DNA of 64,000 nt from Candidatus Latescibacterota bacterium (GTDB lineage: Bacteria > Latescibacterota > UBA2968 > GCA-2709665): contig CAXXJS010000010.1 of the NCBI GenBank assembly GCA_963662665.2, positions 384,001 through 448,000 on the forward strand. The letters run 5' to 3'. Below are positions 1 to 9,534 of this stretch, piece by piece. The first letter of the stretch is position 1; each line of letters opens with the position of its first letter. Position numbers and translations under genes: made by a program. The notes under the pieces were generated by a model that did no database searches, was not told the DNA's origin, and saw nothing but the letters and a program-made list of their open reading frames with translations.

Positions 1-808
1 TTGCAACCTGCTGCAGAAGGTCGGGATTGTTTGCTTTCAGGCCGAAGCGTCCGAGTTCTGTCTGATCCGATCGGAAATTGTATACATAATTGGGACGGCC
101 AGAAATGCCGTCACCATCGGCATCAGCGGGATCCGAGAGCGCAAGAATGTCAGACTCGGAAATGGCTTCCAGCAGGCCGCGTCCGAATACGGGCGGCGCC
201 ATGCGCGCCGATAGCAGGACCCCTGCGGGCAACGGCTGATAGGGTTCAACGATATGGTAGACCGGGTGTTTCAGATAGACTTCCTGTCCGTCGGCCAGTT
301 TTTCCGCGGTTTCGAAAAAGCTGACCTGAACACGAGCCTCAGGCTGAACGCCATAGTTTGCGCGGTCGCCGAGTTGCGTGCCAAAGCCGGGAACCGACGC
401 GGGGCCGCCATGCGGGGACAAACCGGGTAGACTGACGCGCATAAGCATGGACCCGACAAAAGGCGGTTCTGCGCCGAATGCGCCGCGCCCTCGCCCGTCG
501 CGCAGGTGACAGCCAACGCAGGAGGTGTGGCTGAACACGGGACCGACGCCCGGGTTCACTTCGGCCGGCGGTGTGACAAAGACCTGTTCGAAGGTGGCAT
601 CGCCCGCAAGAAACATGTCAAGTTCGTTGGCCGAAAGCGTCGGGATGGGCATTTCAAATGCCTTGCTCGACGCGTCGAAAACCGTCGCCTGCCCGCCAGA
701 CAAGGGTCTGGTTTCATCGGGCACTGGTGAAATCGTCTCTTCGCTGCCACATGCGGAAACGAGCAGCAAGACGCCGATGGCGCGCCGAAGTCTGCCGGGA
801 AGTTTCAC
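1..808 (-). CDS. Di-heme oxidoreductase (DHOR / thiol oxidoreductase) family lipoprotein, 3' end outside window
   Basis: Not in the ORF track (no stop in window). Manual translation from GTG 808: MKLPGRLRRAIGVLLLVSAC (lipobox), LSGGQATVFD, GVGPVFSHTSCVGCH (CxxCH heme motif), RMAPPVFGRGLLEAI, DPADADGDGISGRPN, GRFGLKA. Lies downstream of an imelysin gene. Start codon uncertain. Confidence 0.88.
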   Translation of the reverse strand, partial: MKLPGRLRRAIGVLLLVSACGSEETISPVPDETRPLSGGQATVFDASSKAFEMPIPTLSANELDMFLAGDATFEQVFVTPPAEVNPGVGPVFSHTSCVGCHLRDGRGRGAFGAEPPFVGSMLMRVSLPGLSPHGGPASVPGFGTQLGDRANYGVQPEARVQVSFFETAEKLADGQEVYLKHPVYHIVEPYQPLPAGVLLSARMAPPVFGRGLLEAISESDILALSDPADADGDGISGRPNYVYNFRSDQTELGRFGLKANNPDLLQQVA

Positions 809-857
809 GAGCGAGAGTACTGGTTTCTGTCGAATGGGTGGAAGGACGCATGTGCGG

Positions 858-887
858 AGCCGATAGGGCAAACGGACCCTATCGGCT
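858..887. terminator. Intergenic hairpin (attenuator or mRNA-stability element) between imelysin and DHOR genes
   Basis: AGCCGATAGGG-N8-CCCTATCGGCT, perfect 11-bp arms, no clear U-tract. Confidence 0.45.
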
Positions 888-910
888 TCCTGGTGATTGC
901 ACACGGCGGT

Positions 911-1987
911 CTATGGCTCCGCGTTGACCAGGCGCAACACATCGCCTTCGAGCGTCGCCTGCACCTTTGCAATGGCCTGTTGGGCCGCCGTGATCTGCGC
1001 GGCATCGGACCCCAGAGCGTCACGGAACGGGAAGGAAATCTTCCCGATTTCTTCAATCGCTGTCTTGATTTCGTCTTGTACGCGCTGGTCGAGCGCGGAG
1101 TTTTTTGTTCTTACGAAATAATCCAGGCCCACTGCCTGAACATTGTACCCACCGGTGTATACATGCCAGATCCCGCGGATATTGTTCTGGAAATCGAGCA
1201 GAGAGTTAAAGCTGAACTGCGATTCGACCAGGCGCGTGTCCTGTTCATTGAAGGGGTCGGCAATCTTGCCGTTTCCAACTTCGTCGGCAATGCCGACCAT
1301 GCCGTTGATCATCTCCTGAACGGCCGATTTCCGTGTGGTGTAGGTGTTGCTGCCCCCACCGGCATTGACGACTTGATCGCGGAAATTTCCGCCAGATGAA
1401 CTCCAGTCGGTGTGCATTGCAGTGGCCGCTTCATCCAGCAATTCCGTCGCGGCGATCAGGTAATCGTATTGTCGCGGAGTAAAGTCGTCTACGGTCTTGC
1501 TGCCGCCCTCGTCATAAAGCAGGAACTCAATGGTGTGAAATCCCTTGAGCGTGTTCTCGAGGTTATTGACGGTCGTTTTGGTCAAGGGATCGCTGCCCGA
1601 CAAAACAGCTTCCAGGTCCGCGCGGTTTACGGGCCAGGAATCCAGCGCGGGATCATATCCCTTGAAATCGACCGGACCGAACAGGAACGCCTCGCTTCTT
1701 TCCCATGGCTGGCGCGAGGCCACCCACGACGCGCGAGCGGTCGACAACGTGGCGGGCGACGGATTGGCCTTGAGATTGCGCACGGCGACGAGAAGATCCG
1801 ATGCCTTGTCCGATAGATCCTTGTAGATGGGGATGACCGTTTTATCGGCGAAGTCGGTGAGAATAGGTGAGAAATCAAATCGCGGATCGGGTTCCGGCTC
1901 GGGTGCAATGGGGTTTTCATCGTTGTCGCCGCACCCGGCGAGTGAAACGGCAAGCAGGAGACCGAATAATACTGCGACGTTCTTCAT
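911..1987 (-). CDS. Imelysin (peptidase M75 / IrpA-like) iron-uptake lipoprotein
   Basis: Lipobox LAGC; GFHTIEFLLY (GxHxxE motif); WERSEAFLFGP, LDSWP, DEVGNGKI, ESQFSFNS; RBS GGAGG upstream. Confidence 0.9.
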   Translation of the reverse strand: MKNVAVLFGLLLAVSLAGCGDNDENPIAPEPEPDPRFDFSPILTDFADKTVIPIYKDLSDKASDLLVAVRNLKANPSPATLSTARASWVASRQPWERSEAFLFGPVDFKGYDPALDSWPVNRADLEAVLSGSDPLTKTTVNNLENTLKGFHTIEFLLYDEGGSKTVDDFTPRQYDYLIAATELLDEAATAMHTDWSSSGGNFRDQVVNAGGGSNTYTTRKSAVQEMINGMVGIADEVGNGKIADPFNEQDTRLVESQFSFNSLLDFQNNIRGIWHVYTGGYNVQAVGLDYFVRTKNSALDQRVQDEIKTAIEEIGKISFPFRDALGSDAAQITAAQQAIAKVQATLEGDVLRLVNAEP

Positions 1988-2203
1988 GGATGTTTCCTCC
2001 TTATATGGTTAACCTCAATGTGAAAAAAACAGCAACTCGGCAACGCGACGAAAACCCCTGAAACGGGGCGTAACGGTCGTTAAAAAGGACGTTTTTTCAG
2101 TCCACGTCCAGTGACCTGGTGTATCCTGGTAATCAGAAGTTAAATCGCCTTTATCTACTTGCATATATTCGGTTTTACTTCCCCGAAGAATTGCGAATCA
2201 AGG

Positions 2204-3442
2204 TTAAAACTGAAAGCCGACTGCGAAACTGGCAGTATTTTCACCGTTGAATCTCGACGTACCCAGGCGACGCATCGCATAGTCGCCCTTGAGAACCACC
2301 GCGTCGTCCAGGATGTAGTTGAGGCCGAGCGTGTAGACAATCCGTTCAAAGCGAGGATTGTCGAAGAAGCCCGTCGGCACGCTCGCCATCGTGTCGTAGC
2401 TGTCAAATCGCAAAAACACGTAGAGTTGATCTTCCCGTCGAGTGGTGAAAGTGGGCAGAATATCACAACCGACCTCGATATAAGACGCAAAGGCGCCGCT
2501 GCCGACGGGAGTACGCAACACGTCCAGATTATTGGACAGCGAACGGTTGCGTTCGCTCACGATATCCGCGTTCTGCAGATTTCCGTAGAGATACATCCCC
2601 TGTGCGCGAAAGCGATTGTACCGCAGCACGGCGTGGACGTCGAAGATGGACACATTGGCATCCACACCTTTCATATCCGGTTTTGGCCGGTTGTCGGCGC
2701 TGTTGCCGCGATAGCCCGAGACACCAAGTGTGAGGCCGTCAGCGACGTGGTAGTCCAACCGACCGGCAAGCGCCATGTCCGATGCGCGGACTTCCTCGAA
2801 GCGGGTCTGATGGCCCCCCACGATCCAGTTCTGTGAACTGAAACCCGTTGCGTCCAGGCCGTTGACGAGTTGAACCTGGTAGCTCAGACGATCGGTGCGG
2901 CCGTTGACCTCGATGCCGGTTTCGTGCCATATCGCGGGGATTACCGAGGTCTCCGACTCGGGACGGCGGGTTCCGAAAAAGTCCGTGGGATGGTATTGCT
3001 CTGTGGTCAGCCCAACTGCGACGTAGAAGTGTCCCAGTCGGATGTTGAAGGCGTCGCTGAACTCGCGTTCAATGAAGAGTTCCTCGAGGATGACTTCACC
3101 GCCTTTTTCCACTTCGGTTTCGTATTCGCCGAATTCCTCGTATTCAATTTCGAGTGCGCCCCCCGTACCGCCGTGTTCGATTTCCAGTTCAACTTCCAGC
3201 TCAACGCCGTGAAGCAGGCGGGTTTCCAGCTCGAGGGCCAGACGTGTGACGTCGATGGTCGCGCGGCTGTCCGGCGGTGAACCCGTCGGGCTGCTCTTCT
3301 GGTCGGGGCCGTAATCGAAGTGCGAATAGATGAGTTCGCCGTATCCCGTGATTTTTAATCTCGGTTCCGGCTTGTCGGCCTCGCCCGTGGCGGTTACCGG
3401 CAACGCGAGCCCCAACAGAATCGGAAAGATCCGTCCGATCAT
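2204..3442 (-). CDS. Outer-membrane beta-barrel / porin associated with the imelysin operon
   Basis: Signal peptide; ELEIEHGGTG and acidic EIEYEEFGEYE loop; amphipathic strands; C-terminal aromatic GFQF. Confidence 0.75.
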   Translation of the reverse strand: MIGRIFPILLGLALPVTATGEADKPEPRLKITGYGELIYSHFDYGPDQKSSPTGSPPDSRATIDVTRLALELETRLLHGVELEVELEIEHGGTGGALEIEYEEFGEYETEVEKGGEVILEELFIEREFSDAFNIRLGHFYVAVGLTTEQYHPTDFFGTRRPESETSVIPAIWHETGIEVNGRTDRLSYQVQLVNGLDATGFSSQNWIVGGHQTRFEEVRASDMALAGRLDYHVADGLTLGVSGYRGNSADNRPKPDMKGVDANVSIFDVHAVLRYNRFRAQGMYLYGNLQNADIVSERNRSLSNNLDVLRTPVGSGAFASYIEVGCDILPTFTTRREDQLYVFLRFDSYDTMASVPTGFFDNPRFERIVYTLGLNYILDDAVVLKGDYAMRRLGTSRFNGENTASFAVGFQF

Positions 3443-3647
3443 CGGTTTTCCCTACTCATTGACGCGTGAATCAGAGCCGCGCAAACCGCGCGCTTCATTG
3501 CTGTGAGAGGCGAAAGGCAGTCTAGACCCGTTCGACAGTATCCATTCACCGGGCGACAATTATGCATACCCGTCGGTCGATTTGTAAATCCATCGATTAT
3601 TAGTTTAATATTATGAATGTTTTATATATATAACTATTGGCAATTCT

Positions 3648-3676
3648 ATAATACATTTCGAATAGTAATAAGTCAA
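3648..3676 (-). promoter_or_regulatory. sigma70-type promoter of the porin-imelysin-DHOR operon, in a very AT-rich tract
   Basis: Minus strand TTGACT-N17-TATTAT. Confidence 0.65.
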
Positions 3677-3729
3677 GGAGAAATTGGGGATTTTACCGTA
3701 TGTGAACGTTAAGTATTTAAATAACAAAT

Positions 3730-3762
3730 AAATAAAAACGCCCGGTATTTAAATACCAGGCG
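3730..3762 (-). terminator. Rho-independent terminator downstream of the AKR gene
   Basis: Minus strand CGCCTGGTATTTAAATACCGGGCG hairpin followed by TTTTTATTT. Confidence 0.7.
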
Positions 3763-3783
3763 ATGTCAATTCGCGGATGCGTG

Positions 3784-3823
3784 GTTCATGTAGGGGCGAC
3801 CGGCCGGTCGCCCCTACATGAAC
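3784..3823. repeat. GTAG-type REP-like palindrome
   Basis: Perfect 40-bp palindrome GTTCATGTAGGGGCGACCGG/CCGGTCGCCCCTACATGAAC. Confidence 0.8.
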
Positions 3824-3859
3824 AAGGCCCTGTGGGCAACTGTTCGCTGTTCCTCACGT

Positions 3860-4753
3860 TCAAACATCGAACCCCTCCTGAAACGCCGCTCTGGCCCGTT
3901 GCACGATGTCATCGGAGAGGGGATGTCCGTCGGAAATCTCAACGTTGGCGCGGATGTGATCCGGGTCCGTGGAGCCGATGATGGCTGTGCAGACGTCTGG
4001 ATGCGAGAGGGTGAAACGCAGGACGAATTCGAGAATGGGCATCTCGCCCGCCAAATCTGCAAGGGGGATTGTTTGGGCCCGGTCCCAGGGGCCGCCCATG
4101 TAGTCGCCGGCGGGGCGTTCACTCTGTTCCCACACGGCATTGGAGATGGGACGCTTGATGATGGTGCCCATCCCTTGAGCCTTCAACGTGGGTATAAGAT
4201 CTTCGGCGGATTCCTGGTAGAGGATATTGTAGGTGAATTCCTGTGTGTCCAGAGGCCATCGTCGCGCCGCCGCCGCTGCCGAAGGTCCGTCGGCGGAAAC
4301 GCCCACGAATCGTGTCCAGCCTCTTTCTCTGGCATCGAGAAGCGCCTCGAATGCCACCTCGTCGTCGTCGCCCGGATCGGGCAGCCCGTGAAACTGGACG
4401 ATATCGATGACGTCCGTATCCAGCTTTTTGCGACTCTCGTCTATCGTACGTAGAATACCTTCCCGGCTGTAGTCCCTGACAATATGGTATTGACCGTCGG
4501 TTTCGCCCACGTAGTCGCCGCATTTCGTGGCCACGATGAATTCGTCACGTCTGTGGGAGATGAATCTGCCGATCCGGGCTTCGCTCAGTCCATACATGGC
4601 GGCCGTATCGATGAAATTGATGCCAGCGTCCAGGGCCGCGTTGAGGGCCCGTTCGGCCTGGCTTTCGGGCAGGTTGATATTGCCGATCTGTGCTGCGCCG
4701 TAGCCGATTTCAGAAACGCGCAGCCCGGTCTTTCCGAGGAATCGATATTCCAT
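3860..4753 (-). CDS. Aldo/keto reductase
   Basis: MEYRFLGKTGLRVSEIGYG, GINFIDTAAMYG, VATKCG; RBS GAAGGAG. Confidence 0.93.
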   Translation of the reverse strand: MEYRFLGKTGLRVSEIGYGAAQIGNINLPESQAERALNAALDAGINFIDTAAMYGLSEARIGRFISHRRDEFIVATKCGDYVGETDGQYHIVRDYSREGILRTIDESRKKLDTDVIDIVQFHGLPDPGDDDEVAFEALLDARERGWTRFVGVSADGPSAAAAARRWPLDTQEFTYNILYQESAEDLIPTLKAQGMGTIIKRPISNAVWEQSERPAGDYMGGPWDRAQTIPLADLAGEMPILEFVLRFTLSHPDVCTAIIGSTDPDHIRANVEISDGHPLSDDIVQRARAAFQEGFDV

Positions 4754-4765
4754 CGCGGTTCTCCT

Positions 4766-6028
4766 TCAGGATGAGTTTTTAGACGGCCGGGCAAACTCGC
4801 CCCGCGGGGTACGGAAGTAAGCCCAGAAAATCAGCGTGCCGATTGCTGTGAATGCGGCGCTTGTCATAAAGAGGGCGGGGTAACCGGACGTGGAAATGAT
4901 ATAGCCGCCACCCATCGCGATCACGGAATAGCCTATTCCCGCCATCATGGAGGACGCGCCGGACATGGCCGTCCGCCATCGCGGGGCCACGATTTCCAGG
5001 ATGTAGACCACGAAGGCGGGGCGCCGTATGGCGGCCAGGGCCACGATGTTCATAAAGCAGAATCCGGCCGGAATCCAGTGCGGCAACATGGCCATCGGCA
5101 TCAGGATGAGTGGCGTACAGATGGCGCTCAACACCACGGTTCGGTGATTGCCGAAGCGCCCCGTGAAAAATGGTACGGTCAGGGCGGCGGGCACCGCCAG
5201 GAGCTGGCCGGTGGCCATCAGCGTACCGATGAGTGAGGTGGGTACCTTCAGGCCGGCATCCAGGTAGACGTTGAAGAATGTCCGGACGGCGCCCTCTCCC
5301 GCGACGTGCAGAAGAGAAGACAGCGCGATTAGCGCGATCAGTCCCATCGGGAACGGCGAATCGGATTCTTCCACACTGTCACGTGGCTGCCGGACCTGAG
5401 GCTTCTGCATGGCGATGAGCAGGAACAGAGCAGGAATGAGCAGGGCGGAAGCGATGAACAGCGTATATCGGAAGGGCGAGGGGTGGATTGGGGCGACGTT
5501 TATCAACCAGGCGATCCGGCCCGGGAGGATGCCGCCGACGAAGCTTCCCAGGAAACCGGCCAGCGGGAAGAGGGCGCCCTGCATGGAAAACACGTGGTTG
5601 CGTTCCCGTGCGCCGGTAACGCGCATCAGATAGGGGGCGCCGTTGACGATATAGAGGGCAACACCCAGCAGCCCGAGAGCGTTCGTGGCCAGGACATACA
5701 CGTCCCTGGCGGCGGGGCCGACGAGTTCAGCCTGCGAGAGAAGGCCATTGCCGATGATGGCGATACCGATACCAGCGATCATGACCCGGCGCGGGTCCCA
5801 GCGAGCCCCCATGAACCCTGCCGGCAGACTGCAGACCGCAAAGGAAAACGCGCCGGTGGCGTTTACCCACCCGACAAACGTGGGCCCGTATCCCAGCCGG
5901 AGCAGGTACAGGTTGAGCAACAGGGAGGTAATGCCGCCGAAAAGACTGAACCCGAAGAGGATCGTTGCGGCGAGATAGAGCCGGACGTCGCGGTTGAAGA
6001 GGCGCAGGGTTTGCAGGTAGGATTGCAT
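4766..6028 (-). CDS. MFS transporter
   Basis: About 12 hydrophobic segments; GFMGARWDPRRV and TGRFGNHR loop motifs. Confidence 0.88.
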   Translation of the reverse strand: MQSYLQTLRLFNRDVRLYLAATILFGFSLFGGITSLLLNLYLLRLGYGPTFVGWVNATGAFSFAVCSLPAGFMGARWDPRRVMIAGIGIAIIGNGLLSQAELVGPAARDVYVLATNALGLLGVALYIVNGAPYLMRVTGARERNHVFSMQGALFPLAGFLGSFVGGILPGRIAWLINVAPIHPSPFRYTLFIASALLIPALFLLIAMQKPQVRQPRDSVEESDSPFPMGLIALIALSSLLHVAGEGAVRTFFNVYLDAGLKVPTSLIGTLMATGQLLAVPAALTVPFFTGRFGNHRTVVLSAICTPLILMPMAMLPHWIPAGFCFMNIVALAAIRRPAFVVYILEIVAPRWRTAMSGASSMMAGIGYSVIAMGGGYIISTSGYPALFMTSAAFTAIGTLIFWAYFRTPRGEFARPSKNSS

Positions 6029-6065
6029 GGATTCAAAAGACCGCGACGGGATTATGTACGGGCTG

Positions 6066-7136
6066 CTACGCGAGCAGGCGTTGGCCCCTGGATTTGAAGG
6101 AGGCCGAAAGGCGTTTCTTCATAGGGCTTCGGGTTTCTCCGACGGGCGGGTTGACGGCCAGCGCGAAACAGAGTTCGACCATGTGGGCGGCATCGGACGC
6201 GGAGATTATCTCTTCCGCGGGCCAGCGCTTGCCCATGTTGTGATAGTTTCCAAGGGGGAAGGCCAGCGCGCCCACCGGCATGCCGTAGAGGACGTACAGG
6301 GTAGCTTCGCAGACGCCGCCGCTCATCAGCTGGCGCTGATATTTGAATTTGCGTTTCTTCTTTGCGAGTTCACGCGCGGTGGTGTGGATGGCGTACTCGA
6401 TTCGCGGATCGAAGACGCTCATGGCATCGCCCACCCGGATGACGGGTCCGCCGCCGATTTCAGCGCCGGGAAGGGCTTTGCTCGTCTCGAGCACGATAAT
6501 GGGCACCCGCCGGGGAACGGATCGGGCACGCACGATTCCGCCTGCGCCGAGCAGGCCGACTTCCTCGGCGCGAGTAAAAACACCCCGGAAATCGGCGTTG
6601 GCTTTCTCTCGATTGAGCCGGTCCATCACGGCCAGTATCGCGGCGCAACTCGCAAGGTTGTCCGCGCCTTTGGTCCTGATACGATCGTCGTCGAACGCGA
6701 CCGGCGCGAGGCCCCAGTAACCGAACGCGCCTTCGAGTCTCGGCAGCGGTCGAGCGGCGCGGGCGGTAAACGTCTTGTCGTCGCCCAGCGCCGACGTCGC
6801 CCGGCCGGTGATCTCTTCTTTGCCCGTGACGAGGGCGAGACGGCCGCCCGGAAAGTGGCGCTCGTCGCATGCCCCCAGCCAGCGCGCGGTGAGATCCCGT
6901 CCGTCGGCGTTGAGAATTTCACAGCCTGGGTGGTCCATGTGTGCGGTAAGCGCTACAGGTTCCGTTCGTTCTCCGTTTGTGTACCGAAGGATGAGGTTAC
7001 CGTACCGGTCTGTCTTCACCGGTATGCGTCGTCGCCTCGCGAAGGTTCGGATGAATGCCGCAACGGCGTTTTCATAGAAGGGTGCGGTGGGCAGAGAGAG
7101 GACGTCGCGAAAGATTTTCCGGAGGCGTTTGTTCAA
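6066..7136 (-). CDS. M20/M28/M42-clan metallohydrolase
   Basis: TAHMDHPG, GADNLAS, FTRAEEVG, GNYHN metal-ligand motifs. Confidence 0.8.
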   Translation of the reverse strand: MNKRLRKIFRDVLSLPTAPFYENAVAAFIRTFARRRRIPVKTDRYGNLILRYTNGERTEPVALTAHMDHPGCEILNADGRDLTARWLGACDERHFPGGRLALVTGKEEITGRATSALGDDKTFTARAARPLPRLEGAFGYWGLAPVAFDDDRIRTKGADNLASCAAILAVMDRLNREKANADFRGVFTRAEEVGLLGAGGIVRARSVPRRVPIIVLETSKALPGAEIGGGPVIRVGDAMSVFDPRIEYAIHTTARELAKKKRKFKYQRQLMSGGVCEATLYVLYGMPVGALAFPLGNYHNMGKRWPAEEIISASDAAHMVELCFALAVNPPVGETRSPMKKRLSASFKSRGQRLLA

Positions 7137-7139
7137 GGC

Positions 7140-8600
7140 TCATCCCCAGCGGCTGATGGTGACCTTTTGACGAGTGAAGAAGGAGACGCCTTCGTGACCC
7201 TGAACGTGCAGGTCGCCGAAGAAGGAGTTGTTCCAGCCGGAGAACGGAAAGAAGGCCATGGGCGCCGGAACGCCGGTGTTGATGCCCACCATGCCCGCAT
7301 TGATGCGGTGGCGGAACTCTCGGGCGGCGCCTCCGCTTTCCGTAAAGAGCACGGCGGCGTTGCCATAACCGCTGTTGTTACAGGTTTCGATAGCGGCATC
7401 CAGGTCATCTGTGTGCATCACCGACAGAACCGGGCCGAAGATTTCGTCCCGGGCGATCTGCATCCGGGGCTGTACGCGATCGAAGACGGTCGGACCCAGA
7501 TAAAAGCCGTTGGGGCAGGCATCCACGGCCACGTCGCGCCCGTCGACGATCAGGTCGGCGCCCTCGGAAAGGCCGGTCCGGATGGAAGCCCGCACTCTTT
7601 CCAGGTGTTGCGGCGTAACCAGCGGACCCATCTCGGCATCGGCATCTCTGTCGGTCGGGCCAACACGGAGACTGCGGGCCGCATCCCGGAGGAGCGGCAG
7701 AAACCGTTCGGCGGCGTTGTGGGCGCACACGAGCACGCTGCCCGCCATGCACCGCTCTCCCGCGCAGCCGTACGCGGAACCCATAACGGCATCTATAGTG
7801 GCCTCCGGTTCGGCATCCGGAAGGACGACCATAAAGTTCTTTGCGCCACCTGCGGATTGTACGCGTTTCCCGTTGCGCGTTGCGGTTTCGTAGATGTACC
7901 TGGCCACGGGAGTGGAGCCAACGAAAGACACCGTGCGTACCCCGGGATTGTCGAGCAGGGCATCCACGGCTTCACGTCCGCCGTGAACGAGATTCAGAAC
8001 TCCGGGAGGCAGGCCGGCTTCCTCCAGGAGTTCCACCAGGCGGATGGCGCTCAGGGGAACCTTCTCGGACGGCTTGAGAACAAAGGTGTTCCCGCAGACG
8101 AGTGCTACGGGCAGGGTCCAAAGCGGCACCATAACGGGAAAATTGAACGGGGTGACGGCCGCGCAGACGCCCAGGGGTTGTCGAATCGTGTCGCAGTCTA
8201 TGCCGGCCGCGATGTTCTCCAGGGCTTCGCCCATCAGTAGAGACGGCGCCCCGCAGGCAAATTCCACGACTTCAATACCGCGTCGGACCGAGCCTCTGGC
8301 CTCGTCGAGGGTTTTGCCGTGTTCTCTGGTGACGATCCTGGAGAGGTCTTCGAAGTGTGCTTCCAGGAGGTCCTTGAAGCGGAACATGAGCCGTGCGCGG
8401 TCCACGGCCGGGGTTTCGGCCCAGTCCGGAAACGCGGTGCTTGCGGCTCCGACGGCGCGGTCAATTTCATCTGCGCCGCACATGGGCGTTGCGGAGATCT
8501 GTATCCCTTCCGACGGGTTGTACACCGGTTCCGTCCCGGTGCGGGCGGATTCAACCCATTCCCCGTTGATGAACAGCGGACAGGGCTCTAGTGCGGGCAT
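7140..8600 (-). CDS. mmsA: CoA-acylating methylmalonate/malonate-semialdehyde dehydrogenase
   Basis: TPFNFPVMVP, LKPSEKVP, SFVGST, GGAKN, GCAGERCMA, EIFGPV, FFPFSGWNNSFFGD. Confidence 0.9.
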   Translation of the reverse strand: MPALEPCPLFINGEWVESARTGTEPVYNPSEGIQISATPMCGADEIDRAVGAASTAFPDWAETPAVDRARLMFRFKDLLEAHFEDLSRIVTREHGKTLDEARGSVRRGIEVVEFACGAPSLLMGEALENIAAGIDCDTIRQPLGVCAAVTPFNFPVMVPLWTLPVALVCGNTFVLKPSEKVPLSAIRLVELLEEAGLPPGVLNLVHGGREAVDALLDNPGVRTVSFVGSTPVARYIYETATRNGKRVQSAGGAKNFMVVLPDAEPEATIDAVMGSAYGCAGERCMAGSVLVCAHNAAERFLPLLRDAARSLRVGPTDRDADAEMGPLVTPQHLERVRASIRTGLSEGADLIVDGRDVAVDACPNGFYLGPTVFDRVQPRMQIARDEIFGPVLSVMHTDDLDAAIETCNNSGYGNAAVLFTESGGAAREFRHRINAGMVGINTGVPAPMAFFPFSGWNNSFFGDLHVQGHEGVSFFTRQKVTISRWG

Positions 8601-8717
8601 TGCGGAATCTCCTGTTTCTATACGCAGACGACGGGCACAAGGGCGGAGGGTTACAGAAGTGCTTTCTCACGGTCCGCGCCGGTGGTGATGCTGTAACAGG
8701 GCGCGTTGCAAATCGCT

Positions 8718-9470
8718 TCACGTGTCCTGGATTTCAACGGTATCCGGGCGTCTTCCAACAGAAGGAGGCGCCATCAGGCGCCGCTGCCGGTCCGAGAGGT
8801 CAGGGTATTCTTCGGGGTCGTAATATCCCTGGGACCACGCCGAGTGCCCGGGGCTGTACTTGTAGAGCAGGGCGCGGCGATCGTAATCCGCCGTCCAGGG
8901 CTTCGTCCCGTGGATAAGGGCCTCCGTAAAGATGAGTGCGTCGCCGGCGTCCGCTTCGGGCTGTACCACGTAGTGGGCGTCGCGTTCGAATCTCCGGACG
9001 TCCCGGGGAAGGCGGTCGACGAAGTTGGACTTGTGGCTTCCCGGTATGCAGGCAAATCCGCCGTCTCCGGCACTCGCGGGAGAGAGAAAGTAGGTAACCA
9101 CGGTCAGCCCGTTGCGCATCACGCCGTCGCGATATTTGTACCAGTGGTCCGCCTCGGTGTCGGTTTCGCCGCCGTGCAGACCGCCGCGCGCCGCCCCTTT
9201 CTTCATAAAAATGCAGTAGTCGTGGTCGATACGGAATTTCGGGCCCAGCAACTCGACCAGGTACGGCACGATCTTATGGTGGTCCATCAGTGCCTGAAAT
9301 TCGGGCCCCCATTGAGAGACGCGCCCGATCGTGCTCGTGCCAGGGTCGCCGTTTTCGGAAGCGAACCCGTCCGCAACGGCGTTCAACGACTTCATCTCGT
9401 CCCCGGTGAGTACGTCCTTTACAATCAGGTAGCCTTCCAGGTCGAAGCTGAATTTTTCTTCGTCAGTCAC
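8718..9470 (-). CDS. Phytanoyl-CoA dioxygenase (PhyH) family protein, HGG variant
   Basis: FDLEGYLIV, GGFACIPGSHK, AGDALIFTEALIHGT, RR; the HxD position reads LHGG. Confidence 0.85.
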   Translation of the reverse strand: MTDEEKFSFDLEGYLIVKDVLTGDEMKSLNAVADGFASENGDPGTSTIGRVSQWGPEFQALMDHHKIVPYLVELLGPKFRIDHDYCIFMKKGAARGGLHGGETDTEADHWYKYRDGVMRNGLTVVTYFLSPASAGDGGFACIPGSHKSNFVDRLPRDVRRFERDAHYVVQPEADAGDALIFTEALIHGTKPWTADYDRRALLYKYSPGHSAWSQGYYDPEEYPDLSDRQRRLMAPPSVGRRPDTVEIQDT

Positions 9471-9534
9471 GGTCCTGGTCCCATTGCAGATTTCAGGGAT
9501 GACAGCAGAAACGCGATGTCACTTTTTCCTGCGT

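Noticed and set aside
3595-3740. Fur box in the AT-rich tract
   Set aside because: No good match to GATAATGATAATCATTATC; only the promoter is reported.
6027-8240. 737-aa plus-strand ORF
   Set aside because: Antisense shadow of mmsA and the peptidase; no motifs; expected in GC-rich coding DNA.
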